DNA from: Eledone cirrhosa
Lineage: Eukaryota
Direction of reading: 5' to 3'
DNA: 64,000 nt
NCBI GenBank assembly: GCA_964016885.1
Contig: OZ024759.1
Coordinates: 31,124,001-31,188,000 of the forward strand
This document shows, piece after piece, positions 59,308 through 64,000 of this stretch. Positions within the stretch are counted from its first letter, which is position 1. Each line of letters starts with the position of its first letter. The translations under genes and the position numbers were made by a program. The notes under the pieces were generated by a model. It had not been told where the DNA came from and did no database searches. It saw only the letters and a program-made list of their open reading frames with translations.

Positions 59308-59597
59308 TCATCATCATTTTACGTCCGCTTTTCCCTGCTTGCAAGGGTGGGACGGGAACTGATTCTGGCTTGATTTCTACAGCTGGATGCCCTTCCTAAC
59401 ACCAACCTCATTTACAGTGAGTGCTGGGGGCTTTTTTGCCGTGGCACCTCCACGACCACTCTGCAGTGGAATGATAGGAACCCCAGTCCCTATCATCTCA
59501 TTTCTACACCTGAGTTAACTGGATCAATGTGAAATAAAGTGTCTTGCTCAAGGAAACAACACATCACCCGGTCTGAGAATTGAACTCACAACCTTTA
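59308..59597 (-). mobile_element. SINE family B, 5'-truncated
   Basis: Reverse-complement match to the 14929 and 16961 copies. Confidence 0.85.
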
Positions 59598-59675
59598 CAA
59601 TATATATATATATATATATATATGTTTAAAAAATAAGTTTTAACCTTGAATATCAGGAATATTACCCCTACCAAC

Positions 59676-60612
59676 ATGGAAAATAAAAAGCATAAATCTA
59701 GACCTCTGAAACGTAAAGAACGAGATGAAGCAGACAGGCAGAGGTCAGTGAAACGGTGCAGGTATATTACAGATTTTATAATACCACAACTACTATCCAC
59801 ATCAATGTCCAGTTCTGCAACAAATAATCATGAAACAAGAAACAAGACCCATGGTGATAATGCACTGATATGTGAGTTGCAAGAACAGAGAAGAGTTACT
59901 TTGGATGTAGAGACAAATACAAGTACATCCTTTTCTAATCAACCCAGCCCAAGCCCAGTACTATTTCTGGCTTCATAGCTTTAACTAGTGACAAGGGAAT
60001 CAGATATTTACTGCAGACATAAATGACTCTGAAGCATATTCTGTAAATGAACCTTTACCAGAAAATGAAAGTTCAGCTACTGGAATCTTCCAAATTCCAT
60101 TACGATCAAATCTGAAACAGTTTTTTGCTGAACATCCATATCAGCCACTTGATGGCCTACCATTTGATGCTCGTTTGTATGAGAAGAAAATTATGAATGA
60201 CTCAGTCAGAAGAAAATGGATGCTAATATTGTCCATACTGCTTAGCCTTTGAGTCTCCCAACACTTGTCATCTATCACCTTTTGTACATGGCTTTAATCA
60301 TTACAGGTGTGTTAGCCAGAGCTTGGCTTTACACAAATCCACTACAACACATATCAAAAACGCTCAGCAATATATCAGTGTGGTTAATGATGGCACCTTC
60401 CATAATTTTTTGGCAGCATCACTAATTAAAAGGAAAGAAGTATTGTAACAGAGAAGTATTGTCATGAGAATCATAGACATCATAAAGATGTTAAACAGGC
60501 AAACACTTCCTTTTCGAGGTTACAGAAATGAATCAGACTACACTCTGAATAATGGCAATTTTTTTAGCTACAGTGATGTTGATGGCAAAATATGTACCAA
60601 TACCTTTAGAGC
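59676..60612 (+). pseudogene. Decayed hAT transposase N-terminal region (ZMYM1/DUF4371-like)
   Basis: Across frames: FFAEHPYQP, RRKW, YCPYCLAF, IIDIIKMLNRQTLPFRGY..NNGNF and MAKY; interrupted by stops and frameshifts. Confidence 0.75.
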
Positions 60613-61697
60613 CAGTCCGCCACTGTATATATATCACATTAAAGTACACTTCTTTTTGTAACCCCAAGTCTGGCAGCTAAAGAACAGTAGCATTATGAGG
60701 GTTATATCTGTGAATCCTTCCATGAAGTTCATATCACTACACACTTATCTCGTAGCAAGATAACACAGGGAAAACCTAATATAATTTGTAATTTTCATTG
60801 TTTAGCTGTACTTAATGAAACAGCTGTGGTTTCATGTAATTATGTTTGTTTTCATGCTTGCTGTTGTCCATTATCCTCTAATTATGTGGCTGTTGCACGC
60901 AAAATGAGATTAGAGCCACCATCTCTCTCTCTTTCTCATATCCTCGTACGTTCAGAAGGGAAAGATCATTATCCGTGCCTATGCAACATTAATGTTGCTG
61001 TTTTACATTTTCGATACTCATTCACTGAACAGTGCCTAACTCATTTCAGTTACCATTCTAATGGCCTCGAGAGGGTTATCGATGTCACACAGTTTCCCAG
61101 TTCATTGACACACACAAACACACACATATATGTATATATATGTGTGTGTATGTATATATATATATATGTGTGTGTGTGTGTTTATATATATAAATATATA
61201 TATATGTGTGTGTGTGTGTGTTTATATATAAATATATATATATGTGTGTGTGTGTGTTTATATAAATATATATATGTGTGTGTGTGTATATAAATATATA
61301 TGTGTGTGTGTGTTTATATATATAAATATATATGTGTGTGTGTGTGTGCGTGTATATATAAATATATATATGTGTGTGTGTGTGTTTATATATATAAATA
61401 TATATATATGTGTGTGTATATATAAATATATATATATGTGTGTGTGTTTATATATATAAATATATATATATATGTGTGTGTGTGTGTGTATATATATAAA
61501 TATATATATATATATATGTGTGTGTATATATATAAATATATATATATGTGTGCATGTATATATATATATTTAGATATAGATACATATATATACATATACA
61601 TGTATACACATATATATATACATTTAGATATAGATATATATGCATGTGTGTGTATATATACATATGTATAACATATACATATGTATACATATACATA

Positions 61698-61744
<47 letters not shown>

Positions 61745-61965
61745 ATTGATTGGTTGATTAAATAAAGGCAAATGTGAAACCTCTAACATATAATTAAAAA
61801 TACTAATACAGCAAGAAAAGATGATTAGTTCAATGACTAAATGACTAATATAATTATAATTTTGAAACAGAATATAAGGCCAGGGCATTTCTTGTCTTAT
61901 TACAACTCACTAGCGAAACTTAGGCATCTCTGCACTTTCCAAAGTAGTGAGAAGTCAATCAGTAA

Positions 61966-62127
61966 AATGGATTCGTTGTAAATCTAAAGAAGACATTTCT
62001 GAAGTTAGTTGCCCTGGAAAATTACCATATAGGAAAACAACTCTGAATGGATTCGTTGTAAATCTAAAGAAGACATTTCTGAAGTTAGTTGCCCTGGAAA
62101 ATTACCATATAGGAAAACAACTCTGAA
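61966..62127. repeat. Exact 80-bp tandem duplication
   Basis: AATGGATTCGTTGTAAATC...AACTCTG at 61966 and 62046. Confidence 0.92.
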
Positions 62128-62533
62128 ATAAATTATTCGTACATAATTACCAAGTGCATGGAAATCATTTTCTAATGGTTTTCTCTCTTCACAGCATTAA
62201 TATTTTTAAATATAGATTTGTTGCTCTGCATTAATAGTCGATTTACATGTGGATGATGTCGCTAAGCAATTACATAGATATTCTGTCTAAGTAGGTAATC
62301 ATTTATTTTTAAAATGCAATGAGATGTATATTAAGCAAAACGAACCAAATTAACCACATTTCCCGCTATAATCACATCTCATTAATTCTGATAATAAGGC
62401 TGTAACATATTTATGTATTTTTGAAATATGAATATATTACCAAAGTTGCTTTCCGCAGTGATGTATTACAATAAACATTGATAATATGATGTCATTGTTG
62501 GCTGAAGAAAACAATGGCGCTTCATATATTCAA

Positions 62534-63043
62534 TTCAACCTAGGGCCTTCTTACTCCTGTTGGAGGGACCCTCCCTGGTTGAACTCCATCCAACCCAGGG
62601 CCTTCTCATTCCCATTGGAGGAAATCCTCCCTTGTTGACCGCCATCCAACCCAGGGCCTTCTCAATCCAGTTGGAGGAACCCCTCCCTGTTTGACCTCCA
62701 CCCAATCCAACCCAGGGCCTTCTCATTGCTGTTGGAGGAACCCCTCCCTGTTTGACCTCCACCCAATCCAATCTAGAGCCTACTCAATCCAGTTGGAGGA
62801 ACCCCTCCCTCTTTGACCTCCACCCAATCCAATCTAGAGCCTACTTACTCCAGTTAGAGGAACCCTTCCCTGTTTGAACTCCATTCAATCCAATCTGGGA
62901 CCTTCTCATTCCTGTTGGAGGAACCCTTCCCTAGTTAATCTCCACCCAATCCAATCCAAGGCCTACTCACTCCCATTGGGGGAACCCCTCGCTGGTTGAG
63001 CATTACTCCAGGGCTTTTTCACTCTTGTTAGAAGAACCCCTCC
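62534..63043. repeat. C-rich minisatellite, ~9 units of 55-61 bp
   Basis: CAACCCAGGGCCTTCTCA.TCC.GTTGGAGGAACCCCTCCCTGTTTGACCTCCA repeats. Confidence 0.9.
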
Positions 63044-63046
63044 TTA

Positions 63047-63090
<44 letters not shown>

Positions 63091-63093
<3 letters not shown>

Positions 63094-63300
63094 TAGTTCC
63101 ACAACAGTTAGTTCACCATACCGAGAACAAATGTTTCACCTTATTCAGATCCTCAGCTCGGTCTAAAGCGAGCTGAGGATCTGAATAGGGTGAAACATTT
63201 GTTCTCGGTATGGTGAACTAACTGTTGTGGAACTACTTCTACCAAACTCGTCCCATGGACTCTACTACTACTACAGATATAACCCACTAGTGTTCTACTA
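63091..63300 (+). mobile_element. TA-embedded Penelope-like remnant (family P7): palindrome with 70-bp arms carrying two divergent hammerheads
   Basis: 63091-63160 is the reverse complement of 63169-63238 (1 mismatch), with an 8-nt spacer. Confidence 0.68.
63169..63207 (+). ncRNA. Type I hammerhead motif (mirror copy at 63120-63162, minus strand)
   Basis: CGAG-CTGAGGA-TCTGAATAGGGT-GAAA-CATTTG-TT-CTCG; the minus copy has a 6-bp stem I (ACCGAG/CTCGGT). Confidence 0.65.
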
Positions 63301-63429
63301 TTATATATATATATATATAATTATTTAACATATATTCAATGTTTTAAAGGTTTTAAGAATTGCCACAATTATATTACATGTAAGAGAGTATGCCACAAAT
63401 GTCATTATATTTTATTATAATATATTATT

Positions 63430-63588
63430 AGGGTCGGACGCCATGCTTTCCAGCATAGTTACGTCCCTTTACGATCTGAGTTCAAATCTCGCCGAGGTTG
63501 ACTTTGCCTTTCATCCTTACGGGGTCGATAAAATAAAGTACCAGTAATGCACTGGGTAATTGCTGGCCTTGTGCCTAAAGTAGAAACA
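63430..63588 (+). mobile_element. SINE family A, 5'-truncated, with a 16-bp TSD
   Basis: ATTATAATATATTATT at 63414-63429 and 63589-63604. Confidence 0.88.
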
Positions 63589-64000
63589 ATTATAATATAT
63601 TATTGAAAGCAGTTTATAAATTTTAAATTTGAATCTAATTTCAAAGTGAATAGACTGGAATGTTTTTTCTCTGAGAGTTCCTTTACTTTGATTAAGAGAA
63701 TTTTAAGTCTCGAAATAAAAATTACCAGGTAACCAACTTTTCTGTTGCCTTCATCTTTCCATCCATTTTGCATTGTTTTAACCTTCTTATATATTATATC
63801 ACTTTCCACACTATATATTATACATTATATTATATTATATTATATTATATATTATATATTATATTTTATATTATATTATATTATACTATATTATATTACA
63901 TATTATATTATATTATATTATATTATATATTATATATTATATTATATTATATTATATATTATATTTTATATTACATTATATTATACTATATTATATTACA

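Overview
Eukaryotic, extremely AT-rich, repeat-dominated DNA. About half is degenerate (TA)n/(CA)n microsatellite, so nearly all ORFs in the track are artefacts. The SINE/LINE complement and the receptor suggest a mollusc, probably an octopod cephalopod (inference). The only credible intact gene is a single-coding-exon class A neuropeptide GPCR of the sNPF/PrRP-receptor type (33485-34678, minus). Also present: an internally deleted U2 snRNA copy next to a SINE, two tRNA-derived SINE families, RTE and CR1/L2-type LINE 3' ends, piggyBac-, Tc1/pogo- and hAT-type MITEs, a decayed hAT transposase, and several satellites. Two things stand out. (1) At least six different families of short elements sit inside (TA)n tracts. 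Most carry a type I hammerhead-ribozyme fold, several with atypical cores, plus an inverted duplication whose junction lies in or beside the hammerhead; this resembles Penelope-like retroelement pseudo-LTR remnants. (2) A 16.4-kb nested foldback structure (42671-59121) contains five copies of a highly conserved core. All alignments and folds were done by eye, and element boundaries are approximate.
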